A stretch of 64,000 bases of DNA, taken from Thermoproteota archaeon (lineage in GTDB: Archaea; Korarchaeota; Korarchaeia; Korarchaeales; Korarchaeaceae). The stretch is from NCBI GenBank assembly GCA_027492205.1, contig JAOZFN010000009.1, forward strand, positions 97,316 through 161,315, given 5' to 3'. A program made the translations under genes and the position numbers. Below the pieces are notes generated by a model. The model searched no databases. It was given only the letters and a program-made list of their open reading frames with translations, and had not been told where the DNA came from. How positions within the stretch are numbered: the first letter of the stretch is position 1; each line of letters begins with the position of its first letter. Shown here one piece after another: positions 29,178-38,476 of the stretch.

Positions 29178-30527
29178 ATGTCCCACCAGCCGGAGGGGTG
29201 CGCGGTGATACTGTCGGGAAAGTGGGTTGTGACCTTTCAGGGGGGAGTCGACCTCGTAGAGGACGGGGCCGTCCTCGTCGAGGGCAGCGTGATCAAAGAC
29301 GTGGGGCCCAAGGGGCGGATAGTCAAGGAGAACCCCGGTGAAGATGTGATCGAGTTCCCCAAATCGGTAATCATGCCAGGGCTGATATGTGCCCACTGCC
29401 ACGCATACGGCGCCTTCGCCAGGGGGATGCCGCTGAAGGTTGAACCCCCGACGAGGTTCGTGGAGATCCTGGAGAGGATATGGTGGCACCTTGACAAGAG
29501 GCTCACTCTGGACGACGTCTACTACAGCGGGCTGGTCACGGCGATAGAGGCCGTCAGGCACGGGACCACCACGGTGTTCGACCATCACGCCAGCCCCTTC
29601 GCCATCACCGGCAGCTTGGAGAGGCTCGCCGAGGCGTTCAGGAAGGTCGGCGTCAGGGCCAACATAGCCTACGAGGTCTCGGACAGGGACGGTCTCGACA
29701 GAGCTGAGGAGGGGATCAGGGAGAACGTCGAGTTCATCAAGAGGCACCAGGGAGAAGAGTTCATCACTGGGAGCTTCGGCCTACACGCCCAGCTCACCCT
29801 CTCGGACGAGACGCTCGAGAAGGTCGTCGAGGCGGCCAGGGGCCTTGACACTGGATTTCACATCCACGTGGCCGAGGGGATCGAGGATGTCTTCGACAGC
29901 CTCCAGAAGTCTGGGAGGAGGGTAGTCGAGAGGCTGTGGGCGGCGGGCATACTCGGCGAGAAGACCATAGCAGCACACTGCGTCCACGTGAACGACAGGG
30001 AGATCAGGATTCTGAGGGACACTGGGACGAACGTGGTCCACAACCCCGAGTCCAACATGAACAACGCCGTGGGCGTGGCCCCAATAGTCAGGATGATAGA
30101 GCTCGGCATCAGGCCCGCGCTGGGCACGGACGGCTTCACGATGGATGTGTTCAGGGAGTCAAAGGTCGCCTACATACTCCACAAGCTCCACATGGCGGAC
30201 CCCAGGGTCATGGGGGCCGACAAGGTGGTGGAGATGCTGTTCCACAACAACTCCGAGCTGGCGGCCAAGTACTTCCCCAAGCCCCTCGGCAAGATCGTCC
30301 CGGGAGCGTTCGCCGACCTTGTGGTGCTGAGCTACAGGCCGTACACGCCCATGCACGAGGGGAACTTCCCGTGGCACTTCATATTCGGCATGGACGCCTC
30401 CCACGTTACGGACGTGTTGGTGGACGGGAAGTTCGTGGTGAGGAACGGAGAGCTCCTCACGGTAGACGAGGAGCAGATCTTTGAGGAGGCGCAGGAGCTG
30501 GCCCAGGCGCTTTGGGACCGGCTCTGA
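29178..30527 (+). CDS. ssnA: SsnA-like aminohydrolase (amidohydrolase superfamily)
   Basis: MPGLICAHCHAY.A.ARG, ILERIWW.LD, GTTTVFDHHASP, YEVSDRDG, GLHA..TLSD, HIHVAEG, HNPESNMNNAVG, GTDG. Confidence 0.9.
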   Translation: MSHQPEGCAVILSGKWVVTFQGGVDLVEDGAVLVEGSVIKDVGPKGRIVKENPGEDVIEFPKSVIMPGLICAHCHAYGAFARGMPLKVEPPTRFVEILERIWWHLDKRLTLDDVYYSGLVTAIEAVRHGTTTVFDHHASPFAITGSLERLAEAFRKVGVRANIAYEVSDRDGLDRAEEGIRENVEFIKRHQGEEFITGSFGLHAQLTLSDETLEKVVEAARGLDTGFHIHVAEGIEDVFDSLQKSGRRVVERLWAAGILGEKTIAAHCVHVNDREIRILRDTGTNVVHNPESNMNNAVGVAPIVRMIELGIRPALGTDGFTMDVFRESKVAYILHKLHMADPRVMGADKVVEMLFHNNSELAAKYFPKPLGKIVPGAFADLVVLSYRPYTPMHEGNFPWHFIFGMDASHVTDVLVDGKFVVRNGELLTVDEEQIFEEAQELAQALWDRL

Positions 30528-30713
30528 GTGCCTTTTTCTCTCAAAATCCCCCATTTCATCACCAATTTTTCTTGCCCGATGATGAGGATCGGTGGGCCGA
30601 CTGCGACGAAACACGGTCTTCCAAGCTGGATTACAGCATTCTCGAACCCATCGACTTGCTCGGCGGCCACGACACCCAGCGGGCGGCCCGAGACGCACTG
30701 GGTTCCTTTCGGT

Positions 30714-30905
30714 CTACTCGGTAACTATGGTCACCTTATGCCCCACCAGATCAACCGAGACCTCCTTGAAGCCCGATACTTCCAATTCCTCGCCATCCTC
30801 GTTGACTATGGTGACTCCCCCCTCCTTTATGACAACCAAAACAACCTCTTCCATGACCGACTTCCGAGACCCTCCAGAGACCACCACGGCGACCCCTTCA
30901 CACAT
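30714..30905 (-). CDS. cooT: CooT-family nickel-binding protein
   Basis: 63 aa all-beta pattern starting MCE (Cys2), VDL..H near C-terminus; last gene of CODH operon; GGAGGTG SD. Confidence 0.75.
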   Translation of the reverse strand: MCEGVAVVVSGGSRKSVMEEVVLVVIKEGGVTIVNEDGEELEVSGFKEVSVDLVGHKVTIVTE

Positions 30906-30963
30906 GCCGACCACCTCCCAATGGGCGGCTCAAAAGGGGGGGAGTGGGGGTGAGAGTCCAGGT

Positions 30964-31722
30964 TCACGGGCGGAACAGCCCCCTGGGTACGGGAGTAAAG
31001 TGCTCCTCGAGCCCCAGATCATCGATGGGCTCCCCGAGAGCGTAGGCGATCGGCTGGGTTGCGTGGAGCACCGGGAGGATCCCTCCCCCGTAAAAGTCCA
31101 GCATGAAGTGGCAGAGGTTGCATATGGTTACAACGCACTCCGCCCCTGCGTCCCTGGCCGATTCCAGAACGGATCTGGCCATTTGCTTGGCATACTCGGG
31201 CCGGCGGAGGAGAATCGGTCCGCCGCAGCACTTGACCCTCATCCTGAAGTCCACGGGCTCGGCTCCGACGGCCGACATGAGTTCCTCCAGGATTTGAGGA
31301 TCCTCGGGGTCATCTATAGCCTGCTCCCTCGGCCTCAGTGCCTGGCAGCCATAGTAGGGGGCGACCTTGACGGGCCAGCTCCTGACCACCCTTCTCGCGA
31401 TCTCCTCTGCCCCGACCCTCCTGCCGAGGAACTCGATCAGGTGCGTGACCTCTGCGCCGCCTCTCCTGAGGGTCCCATAGCACCCGGAGCACCCTGTGAC
31501 GAGGGTCGCGCCGCCCGCCACCTCTGCGACGATCTCCGCTACCCTCCGAGAGGCCTGCCTGTCCACCATCTCCAGCTCGACGGTCCCGCAGCAGGGCGCG
31601 TCGTCTATTAGGCGGTGGGGCACGCCCAGCCTCTCGAGCACTACCTCGGCGGTCCTCAGGTAGGGCCTCTCCGTGGTCAGCGCGGAGCATCCCGGATAGT
31701 AGGCCACCTCATCCCCTGACAA
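30964..31722 (-). CDS. hdrB: Heterodisulfide reductase subunit B-like (two CCG domains)
   Basis: YYPGC, PCCG, GCSGC, PYYGC..LRP, KCCGG, CNLCH. Confidence 0.9.
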   Translation of the reverse strand: MSGDEVAYYPGCSALTTERPYLRTAEVVLERLGVPHRLIDDAPCCGTVELEMVDRQASRRVAEIVAEVAGGATLVTGCSGCYGTLRRGGAEVTHLIEFLGRRVGAEEIARRVVRSWPVKVAPYYGCQALRPREQAIDDPEDPQILEELMSAVGAEPVDFRMRVKCCGGPILLRRPEYAKQMARSVLESARDAGAECVVTICNLCHFMLDFYGGGILPVLHATQPIAYALGEPIDDLGLEEHFTPVPRGLFRP

Positions 31723-32191
31723 CCCTTGCCACCTCCCGCCTGTACTCCTCCCTCACCGACCCGGACTCGGCGAGCATACCTGCCAGCTTCAGGCCGCGTA
31801 GGCCGGCCAGTGCGAGCACTCGAACTCCCAGAGCTGACAGCGCCACTCTCGCAGGGTTAACAAAAGCTCTCTTGCTCAGTTCCGAGATAAAAGCCCGCTC
31901 CACATTGTCCGGGCCTCTCTCCTTGGTTTCTACGTTGGACAGCGCGATGGCAACCTCCGGAAAGTTCAGCCCCACGGGACAGCGAACTGAGCAGAGGTGG
32001 CAGTGCATGCACAGCTTGTAATCCCCGCGAAACACCTCGTCCCTCAGGTCCAAGAGAATCGCCCTGATCAGCCTGTGGGGGTAGAAACCGTCAAGCCCGG
32101 CGCTGGGGCACGAGGACGTGCACTCCGCGCACTGGAAGCACTTCGTCACGTCCTGGCCGGAGATCTCGAGCACGCGCTTCGCTAGGCTCAC
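31709..32191 (-). CDS. hdrC: Heterodisulfide reductase subunit C-like
   Basis: CFQCAECTSSCP and CMHCHLCSVRCP; between mvhD and hdrB. Confidence 0.88.
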   Translation of the reverse strand: MSLAKRVLEISGQDVTKCFQCAECTSSCPSAGLDGFYPHRLIRAILLDLRDEVFRGDYKLCMHCHLCSVRCPVGLNFPEVAIALSNVETKERGPDNVERAFISELSKRAFVNPARVALSALGVRVLALAGLRGLKLAGMLAESGSVREEYRREVARVVRG

Positions 32192-33099
32192 GATCTCACC
32201 CTCCCGAGGGATATCGCCTTGGCGGAGGCCTTGGCCTTGCAGTCGGGGCAGATGGGCGGTGAGTCGGCCCTCTCAAGTTCGCGACCGGTGGCGAACGGCC
32301 TCCCGCAGATCGAGCACCTCGTCAGCTCAAGCCTGGCCACCTCGCTCCAATCGCTCAGGAGCTGTGGAACGCTCACCCCGCCGAGCGAGAGAGCCTCGAC
32401 CTCGTTCTCCCGGCAGGCGTCTACGCAGTCCCCGCAGCCCGTGCACTTGAGGGCGGACAGGAGGAACACCCTGAAGTCGCCGCGGTCCTCATAGAGGAGA
32501 GCACCCTCGGGGCAGGCCTCGGCGCACGCCCCGCAGCCAATGCACCTATCCAGGTCGAACACGGGCACCTCGAACCCGGGTATCGCCGGCAGCCGGACGT
32601 CCCTGACCTCCACGGCGATGGACTGGAGGGCGCGGATTAGCGCCTCTCTCTTGGGGCCTACGGGCACGCTCTCCCTCCGGTGGAGGGGGGGTAGCGCCTC
32701 CGCCCTGGCGGCCATCTCCCTGGCGGCCTCAACGAACCTGTGAGGCTCGGAGGCGGCCATGAAGAACATCTCCACCCTCTCCGGCTCCACCCCGAGGGCA
32801 TCCAGCAGCGACTTCAGGAAGCTCACCCTGCTCTCGGCCTTCAGGTTACCGTCAACGTAGTGGCACTCCCCCTTCCTGCACCCGGCCACGAAGGCCGCGT
32901 CCGCACCGTTGGCCAGCGCGTAGAGGAGCCAGCTCGGGTCGACCGCGCCCGAGCAGGGGACCCTCACCACGAGCACGTTGGGCGGGTGAGTGCGGTGCGT
33001 GCTCCCCGCGAGGTCGGCGGCCGCGTAGGCGCACTCGTTGCAGCAGAAGCCGACGACGAGCTTCTTCGGTCCTCCAGGCGACTCTGATCCCGAGGCCAT
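32188..33099 (-). CDS. mvhD: MvhD/FlpD [2Fe-2S] protein fused to 2x[4Fe-4S] ferredoxin and a C-terminal CxxC..CxxC domain
   Basis: GFCCNECAYAAADLAG, RVPCSG, GADA...GC..GECHY..GN; then CIGCGACAEACP, CTGCGDCVDAC, CSICG..CPDC. Confidence 0.88.
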   Translation of the reverse strand: MASGSESPGGPKKLVVGFCCNECAYAAADLAGSTHRTHPPNVLVVRVPCSGAVDPSWLLYALANGADAAFVAGCRKGECHYVDGNLKAESRVSFLKSLLDALGVEPERVEMFFMAASEPHRFVEAAREMAARAEALPPLHRRESVPVGPKREALIRALQSIAVEVRDVRLPAIPGFEVPVFDLDRCIGCGACAEACPEGALLYEDRGDFRVFLLSALKCTGCGDCVDACRENEVEALSLGGVSVPQLLSDWSEVARLELTRCSICGRPFATGRELERADSPPICPDCKAKASAKAISLGRVRS

Positions 33100-33102
33100 C
33101 CG

Positions 33103-35082
33103 CTACACCTCCCCGCCTGGCGAGGCCGGCGCGGCCTCCAAGAGGCCGGCCACCTGCCTCATCACCTGCTCGACCCCGTAGACCCTCCTGGTTATCGCGC
33201 CGGTCGGGCAGACGGGCTGGCAGATTCCGCAGCCGGCGCAAGCGGCCGGGACAACCTCCGCCCTGCCTTCCCTCTCAACGATGGCCCCGAACGGACACTC
33301 GTCGGCGCAGGCCATGCAGCCGACGCACAGCTCCGGGTCCACGTAGGCCCTCTCACCGGTGACCTCCACCCTCCCCCTCACCAGTACTGTAGCCGCAGCG
33401 CTGGCGGCCGCCTTCGCCTGAGCGACCGAATCTGGGATATCCTTGGGGCCTTGGGCTCCACCGCAGATGAAAATTCCCGGCCTAGAGGTCTCCACAGGCT
33501 TCAGCTTGGGGTGAAGCTCCTGGAGGAACCCGTGTAGATCCGCCCCCACGTTGAGCACCTCCCTAACCTTCAGGGTGCCCTCCGACGGGGACAATCCCGC
33601 GGCCAGCACCACGAGGTCCGCCCTGAGCTCCAGCTTCCTGCCGAGGGTCTTGTCGAACACCTCCACCACGAGTTCATCGCCGTCCCTCCAGACCTCCCCG
33701 GGCTTACCCTGGACGAAGACTACCCCCTCTCGTCTGACCCGCTCGTACATCTCCTCGAATCCTTTCTTCGCAGTCCTCATGTCGATGTAGCAGATGTAGA
33801 CCTTGGAGTCCGGATACTCGGACCTCAAGATCTCGGCCTGCTTCAGCGAGACCATGCAGCACACTCCCGAGCAGTAGGGGTTGTGGTTCACGTCCCTGCT
33901 TCCGGCGCACTGTATGAACACTACCCTCTTGGGCACCTTGCCGTCCGAGGGTCTCCTCAGGTGCCCCCCGGTGGGCCCCGTCACGTTGATCAGCCTCTCG
34001 AATCCGAGCTGGGTTATCACGTCCGGTATCCTCCCGAAGCCGTAGTTCTTGAGGTTGGATGCGTCGTACTCCCTGACGCCCGTTGCTACCACGATGGCGC
34101 CCACCCTGAGTTCGAACTCCCGCGGCTCCTCGCGGAGGTCTATGGCCTTCGTGGGGCAGGCCTCGGCGCACGCCCCGCAGGACCCCTCCCTGATGAAGAG
34201 ACACGCGTTCGGGTCTATCACGTAGGCCCTCGGCGTGGCCTGAGGATACGGGATGTAGGCGGCCTTCCTCTTGCCGAGGAAGGCGTCCCACTCGTTCGGG
34301 ACCTCGACAGGACACTTGGAGGCGCATACCCCGCACGCCACGCACTTCTCTGGATCCACGTACCTGGGGCTCTTTCTCACCCTCACCCGGAAGTCTCCGA
34401 TCGATCCGGATACCTCAACGACCTCCGAGGTGGTGTGGATGTCGATCAGTGGGTGGGCCTCGGCCTCGGCCATCATGGGGGTCAGGATGCACAGGGAGCA
34501 GTCGCCGGTCGGGAACACCCTGTCTAAGAGGGCCATGAGCCCACCCACCGTGGGCGAGCGCTCCACCAGGTGAACCCTGATTCCCTTCTCCGCCAGGTCC
34601 AGGGCCGCGGCGAGGCCAGCGACCCCGCCTCCGATGACCAGGGCCTCCCGAACGACCTCCGCCTCCCCGACCTCAATGGGCTCCGCGGCCAGGACCTTCT
34701 CCACTCCCCCCAAGACGTACCTGATGGCCTTCCGGGTCGCCTCCTCTGGGTCCTCGGTTGACCAGGAGACGAGCTCTCTTATGTTCACCTGCTCCATGTA
34801 GCCGGGGTTGAGGCCCGCCTCGGCCACGACCCTCCTGAAGAGGGGCTCGTGGAGCTTGGGGCTGCACGCCGCCACGACCACCCTGTCCACCTTACCCGCC
34901 TCCACATCCCTCTTGATGAGTTCCTGCCCCGCCCGGCTGCACATGAAGAAGTAGTCCCTGGAGACGGCTACTCTCGGGTGCCTTCCAGCCTCCTTGGCCA
35001 CCCTCCTCACGTCCACCTTGCCCGCGATGTTCTTGCCGCAGTGACAGACGTAGACTCCGACCCTAGGCTCCGACGACTCCAT
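33103..35082 (-). CDS. hdrA: Heterodisulfide reductase subunit A (flavin-based electron bifurcation)
   Basis: VGVYVCHCG.NIAG, MCS, AACSP, GGGVAG, FPT.DC..C, inserted and C-terminal ferredoxin domains, QCAGSR, YCS.VCC, GPKDIP; ATG after GGTGAT. Confidence 0.95.
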   Translation of the reverse strand: MESSEPRVGVYVCHCGKNIAGKVDVRRVAKEAGRHPRVAVSRDYFFMCSRAGQELIKRDVEAGKVDRVVVAACSPKLHEPLFRRVVAEAGLNPGYMEQVNIRELVSWSTEDPEEATRKAIRYVLGGVEKVLAAEPIEVGEAEVVREALVIGGGVAGLAAALDLAEKGIRVHLVERSPTVGGLMALLDRVFPTGDCSLCILTPMMAEAEAHPLIDIHTTSEVVEVSGSIGDFRVRVRKSPRYVDPEKCVACGVCASKCPVEVPNEWDAFLGKRKAAYIPYPQATPRAYVIDPNACLFIREGSCGACAEACPTKAIDLREEPREFELRVGAIVVATGVREYDASNLKNYGFGRIPDVITQLGFERLINVTGPTGGHLRRPSDGKVPKRVVFIQCAGSRDVNHNPYCSGVCCMVSLKQAEILRSEYPDSKVYICYIDMRTAKKGFEEMYERVRREGVVFVQGKPGEVWRDGDELVVEVFDKTLGRKLELRADLVVLAAGLSPSEGTLKVREVLNVGADLHGFLQELHPKLKPVETSRPGIFICGGAQGPKDIPDSVAQAKAAASAAATVLVRGRVEVTGERAYVDPELCVGCMACADECPFGAIVEREGRAEVVPAACAGCGICQPVCPTGAITRRVYGVEQVMRQVAGLLEAAPASPGGEV

Positions 35083-35086
35083 TTGA

Positions 35087-35890
35087 TCACCCGAAGATCT
35101 CAGAGAACGCACTACTCAACGCTAAGATGGCAGGAGAGCTGTTGGGGATCGCCTTCACCCCTCTCCCCTCGATACTAGCCCTCAGCACCTCCGGGTCGCT
35201 CGGAACGAAGAACACCCTCGCGTCGGCGGAGAACCTCACCTCTATCTCTCCTTTGAGTGCCTCTCCTCCTTCTGGCACCTTGTTGACGATCAGCGAGAAC
35301 TCGCGGATCCCCAGCTGTCTCCCCATCTTGATGAGGCGCTTCGATATGTCTAGGGAGGCCACGGTGGGCTCTGAGACGCAGATCATGTGGTCGAAGTTCT
35401 CCGCGAGGCCCCTGCCGAAGACCTCGGCTCCCGCCTCCGAATCAACCACCACGGCGGATCTCTCGTCTGCTGACGACACGAGGTGCTTCAGTAGTCTCTT
35501 GGCCAGCGCGATGGCCGGGCAAAGGCACCCCTGCTTTGCTGCGTCTATGCTGCCCACGACCAGCAGGCTCAGCCCGTCCTCGATCCTCACCCCGTACCTC
35601 TCGGAGAGGTCGTCCACCCTCGGGTTGACGCGAAACAGCACCCCCCAGGCCTGGCCGGGTCTCGCCCCGGTTCTCTGCTCTACCAGCTCCTCGTTCCTCA
35701 CGAGCGGGACGATGCCGCGGCTGACATCGGCGGGCAGCCCCAGAGCCATGCCGAGGTTGGGGACCGAGTCCGCGTCAACGGCTAGGACCCTCATGCCGCG
35801 GTCACGCAAAAAGTGGGAGAGGAGGGCGGCCACAGTCGTCTTGCCCACCCCTCCCTTCCCGGCCACGAGAACCCTGAGGGGCAATCCCAT
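35087..35890 (-). CDS. cooC: CO dehydrogenase nickel-insertion ATPase
   Basis: GKGGVGKTT, VDAD..PNL..ALG, GCLCP, DSEAG.E.FGRG; ATG 35890 overlaps cooS stop. Confidence 0.92.
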   Translation of the reverse strand: MGLPLRVLVAGKGGVGKTTVAALLSHFLRDRGMRVLAVDADSVPNLGMALGLPADVSRGIVPLVRNEELVEQRTGARPGQAWGVLFRVNPRVDDLSERYGVRIEDGLSLLVVGSIDAAKQGCLCPAIALAKRLLKHLVSSADERSAVVVDSEAGAEVFGRGLAENFDHMICVSEPTVASLDISKRLIKMGRQLGIREFSLIVNKVPEGGEALKGEIEVRFSADARVFFVPSDPEVLRASIEGRGVKAIPNSSPAILALSSAFSEIFG

Positions 35891-37845
35891 CACTCCGGCC
35901 AGCCAAGGGCCCTTCTCTTCTCCGCTATGTGGGCCATGATCACCTCGGCAGCCTTCGCCGGGTCGGGCTCCACGAAGAACTTCCCGCCGACGAGGTCCTC
36001 CGCCTTGTCGGTGAGTATCTCGACAACCTTCTTGCTGCCAAGGACCGGAGGGACGGTTCCCAAGTGGACCAGTAGGCCGGATGCGACGAAGTAGGACCCT
36101 ATAGAGACTGCCTTCTCGCTCATCCACTCCGGGGCGGAGCCGGCCGCGGGCAGGTCGGATATGTCGACCCCCAGGTGGTCGGCCAGCGCCGCGAGTGCGA
36201 TCAGCATCCTGGAGCAGTCGACGCAGCTCCCCATGTGGAGCGCGGGCGGGATCCCGAGCGCTTTGCATATCTCCCTGAGCCCCGGCCCAGCGAGATCAGC
36301 TGCCTCAGGAAGGAGGAGGCCGTGCTTGCCCATGGCTATGCCCCAGCAGCCCGTGCCCACTATCAGAACGTCTCTCTTGATCAGCTCCTTGGTGAGGGTG
36401 ACGTGGCTGTGATCGTGCTTCACCTTGGGGTTGACGCACCCCACGATGCCCACGATCCCCTTGATCTTGCCTGCCTTAAGGGCGTCGGCCAAGGGCTCCA
36501 GAGAGCCGCCTAACGCCTCAAGGATCGCCTCAACGCTGAATCCAGCCACCAGCTCGGACTTCTCCTTGGGTATCAACACCCTCTCCGGGTTCCTGTTCTT
36601 GAAGTTCTCCACGGCGATCCGGACTATCTTCTTCGCCGTCTCGGTCGCGTTGGCCTTGTCGAACTCTACGTGAATGGCGCCCGGTATGTGGGCCTTCGGC
36701 TCCGTTGTGATAACCTTTGTGTGGTAACAGGACGCCACGTCGACGATCGCGGGCATGATGCACTGGTAGTCGACTATGACCGCCTCTAGGGCTCCGGTAG
36801 CTATGGCCAGCTCCTGCTGTAGGAGGTTCCCTGCTACGGGTACCCCCAGTCTGACGAGTATCTCGTTCCCTGTGCAGCACATCCCGACGACGTTGATTCC
36901 CCCCTCAGCACCGAGCTCCCTGGCCATCTGAACCAGCTCCGGATCTCCGGCTACCTCTGCGATCTTCATGGAGAGAACCGGGTTGTGACCGTGCACCAGT
37001 ATGTTGACGGCATCCTCTCTGAGAACCCCCAGGTTGGCCACTGACCTGATCGGCTTCGGGGTGCCGAACATCACGTCGCTCAGTAGGGTCGCCATCATGG
37101 AGCCGCTCCAGCCGTCGGCCAAGGCGCACCTCAGCCCCTGAGCGATGAGGGTGAGCGGGTCCGCGTCGACGCCCATGTGAGTCCTGTGCATTATCTCGGT
37201 GACTTCCCTGTCAATCGCCCTCGGCATTATCCCGACCTTCCTCCAGATGTCCTTCCTCTTCTTCGGAGCGTAGGCCTCGACCAGTTTGAGGGGCTCCTCT
37301 CCGGGCTTGCCGAACTCCCACTCCATTACCTCGGCCACTTCCTTCGCAATGTCGTTCAGCTCCCTGCCCTCGACCTCCAGCCCAAGGGCCTGAGCGACTC
37401 CCCTCAGCTTGTCGGGGTCCTTGATGCCGTAGTCCTTAGCCCAGCCCTCGGGTATGCCCTTGAAGACCTCGACTATGTCTCTGGCGTGGTCGCTGTGGGC
37501 GGCCGCCCCGGCGGCGAGCATCCTCATCAGGTTCCTGGCTACTATCGTGTCCGCGGTGGCCCCGCAGACGCCCTTCTGTGGTCCGTATCCGAACGGATCG
37601 ATCCTGCAGGGACCCATATTGCAGTTCCTGCAGCAGACCCCCAGGAGCCCGAATCCGCACTGCGGCTGCTGGGCCAGGTACCTGTGCCAAGCCGTCTCGG
37701 CCCCGTCCATCTCGGCCTTCTCCAGGAGCTGGGGCACGGTGGGATCGATGGATACGGACTCGTAGAACTCCCTCCTGGCGGCCCTCATGAGTCTCTCGTA
37801 GACCCTCTCCGAACCGGGCTTCTCTTTCTCCACCGAGGCCGTCAT
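35890..37845 (-). CDS. cooS: Anaerobic Ni,Fe carbon monoxide dehydrogenase catalytic subunit
   Basis: QPQCGFG..GVCCRNCNMGPCRI, CGA, AHSDH, HGHNP, MCCTG, DYQC, VGC.NP, TGC, GSCVD, SEKA - full B/C/D cluster ligand set. Confidence 0.96.
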   Translation of the reverse strand: MTASVEKEKPGSERVYERLMRAARREFYESVSIDPTVPQLLEKAEMDGAETAWHRYLAQQPQCGFGLLGVCCRNCNMGPCRIDPFGYGPQKGVCGATADTIVARNLMRMLAAGAAAHSDHARDIVEVFKGIPEGWAKDYGIKDPDKLRGVAQALGLEVEGRELNDIAKEVAEVMEWEFGKPGEEPLKLVEAYAPKKRKDIWRKVGIMPRAIDREVTEIMHRTHMGVDADPLTLIAQGLRCALADGWSGSMMATLLSDVMFGTPKPIRSVANLGVLREDAVNILVHGHNPVLSMKIAEVAGDPELVQMARELGAEGGINVVGMCCTGNEILVRLGVPVAGNLLQQELAIATGALEAVIVDYQCIMPAIVDVASCYHTKVITTEPKAHIPGAIHVEFDKANATETAKKIVRIAVENFKNRNPERVLIPKEKSELVAGFSVEAILEALGGSLEPLADALKAGKIKGIVGIVGCVNPKVKHDHSHVTLTKELIKRDVLIVGTGCWGIAMGKHGLLLPEAADLAGPGLREICKALGIPPALHMGSCVDCSRMLIALAALADHLGVDISDLPAAGSAPEWMSEKAVSIGSYFVASGLLVHLGTVPPVLGSKKVVEILTDKAEDLVGGKFFVEPDPAKAAEVIMAHIAEKRRALGWPE

Positions 37846-38465
37846 TCAGACCACCTCACGGTCCCATACATCTCCCTGAGAGATGCCAGGGGGGATCTGG
37901 GGGCCCTCTCCGTTGGCCTGGCGTACACCACCGCGGCCTCGGCCAGACCCAGCACCATCTCAGCGGCCCTCCTGACCTTCTCCCTGTCCAGGATCTCTTC
38001 GGCCCTGCCATACCTCAGGGCGCCCGTCGGGCAGGCCTCGACGCACGCTGGCGGGAGTCCAACCCGGAACCTGTCAACGCAGTGGTCGCACTTCACAACC
38101 TTCCTCCTGAAGTCGTAGGTCGGGTGGCCAAAGGGGCAGGCGAGGAGGCAGGTCCTGCACCCTATGCACCTATCGAGGTCCGATACCACGAACCCCTCCT
38201 CGGTCCTGTGCATGGCCCCCGTGGGGCAGGCCTCGACGCAGGGGGCCGGGTCACAGTGCATGCACCTCATCGGCACGTAGACGCCGGCTGCCGGGACCAC
38301 CTTCGTCCTCGGCCTGGGCGTGGGATCCTCGAAGACGGCCTGAAACAGCTCCTTTGAGGAGGAGTGCTCGACCGCGCAGGCTATCTCGCAGCTCCTGCAC
38401 CCCACGCATCTCTCGGGGTCGACGTAGATGAGGTATTCCAGGTAGCTCGGAGGGACGGTTGCCAT
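37842..38465 (-). CDS. cooF: CO dehydrogenase Fe-S electron-transfer subunit
   Basis: Four Cys clusters (CVGCRSCEIAC.VEH, CMHC..APC, CIGCRTC, KCDHC); immediately upstream of cooS. Confidence 0.9.
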   Translation of the reverse strand: MATVPPSYLEYLIYVDPERCVGCRSCEIACAVEHSSSKELFQAVFEDPTPRPRTKVVPAAGVYVPMRCMHCDPAPCVEACPTGAMHRTEEGFVVSDLDRCIGCRTCLLACPFGHPTYDFRRKVVKCDHCVDRFRVGLPPACVEACPTGALRYGRAEEILDREKVRRAAEMVLGLAEAAVVYARPTERAPRSPLASLREMYGTVRWSE

Positions 38466-38476
38466 TCATCCCCCCG

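Noticed and set aside
30592-31611. 339-aa plus-strand ORF
   Set aside because: Antisense to cooT and hdrB, no recognisable content
30964-35082. Evidence for methanogenesis or selenocysteine recoding in Hdr/MvhD
   Set aside because: No mcr/mtr genes in window; no in-frame TGA at Cys positions
35890-36268. 126-aa N-terminal extension of CooC in the ORF track
   Set aside because: Overlaps cooS in another frame, Arg/Gly-rich nonsense; ATG 35890 coupled to cooS stop is the natural start
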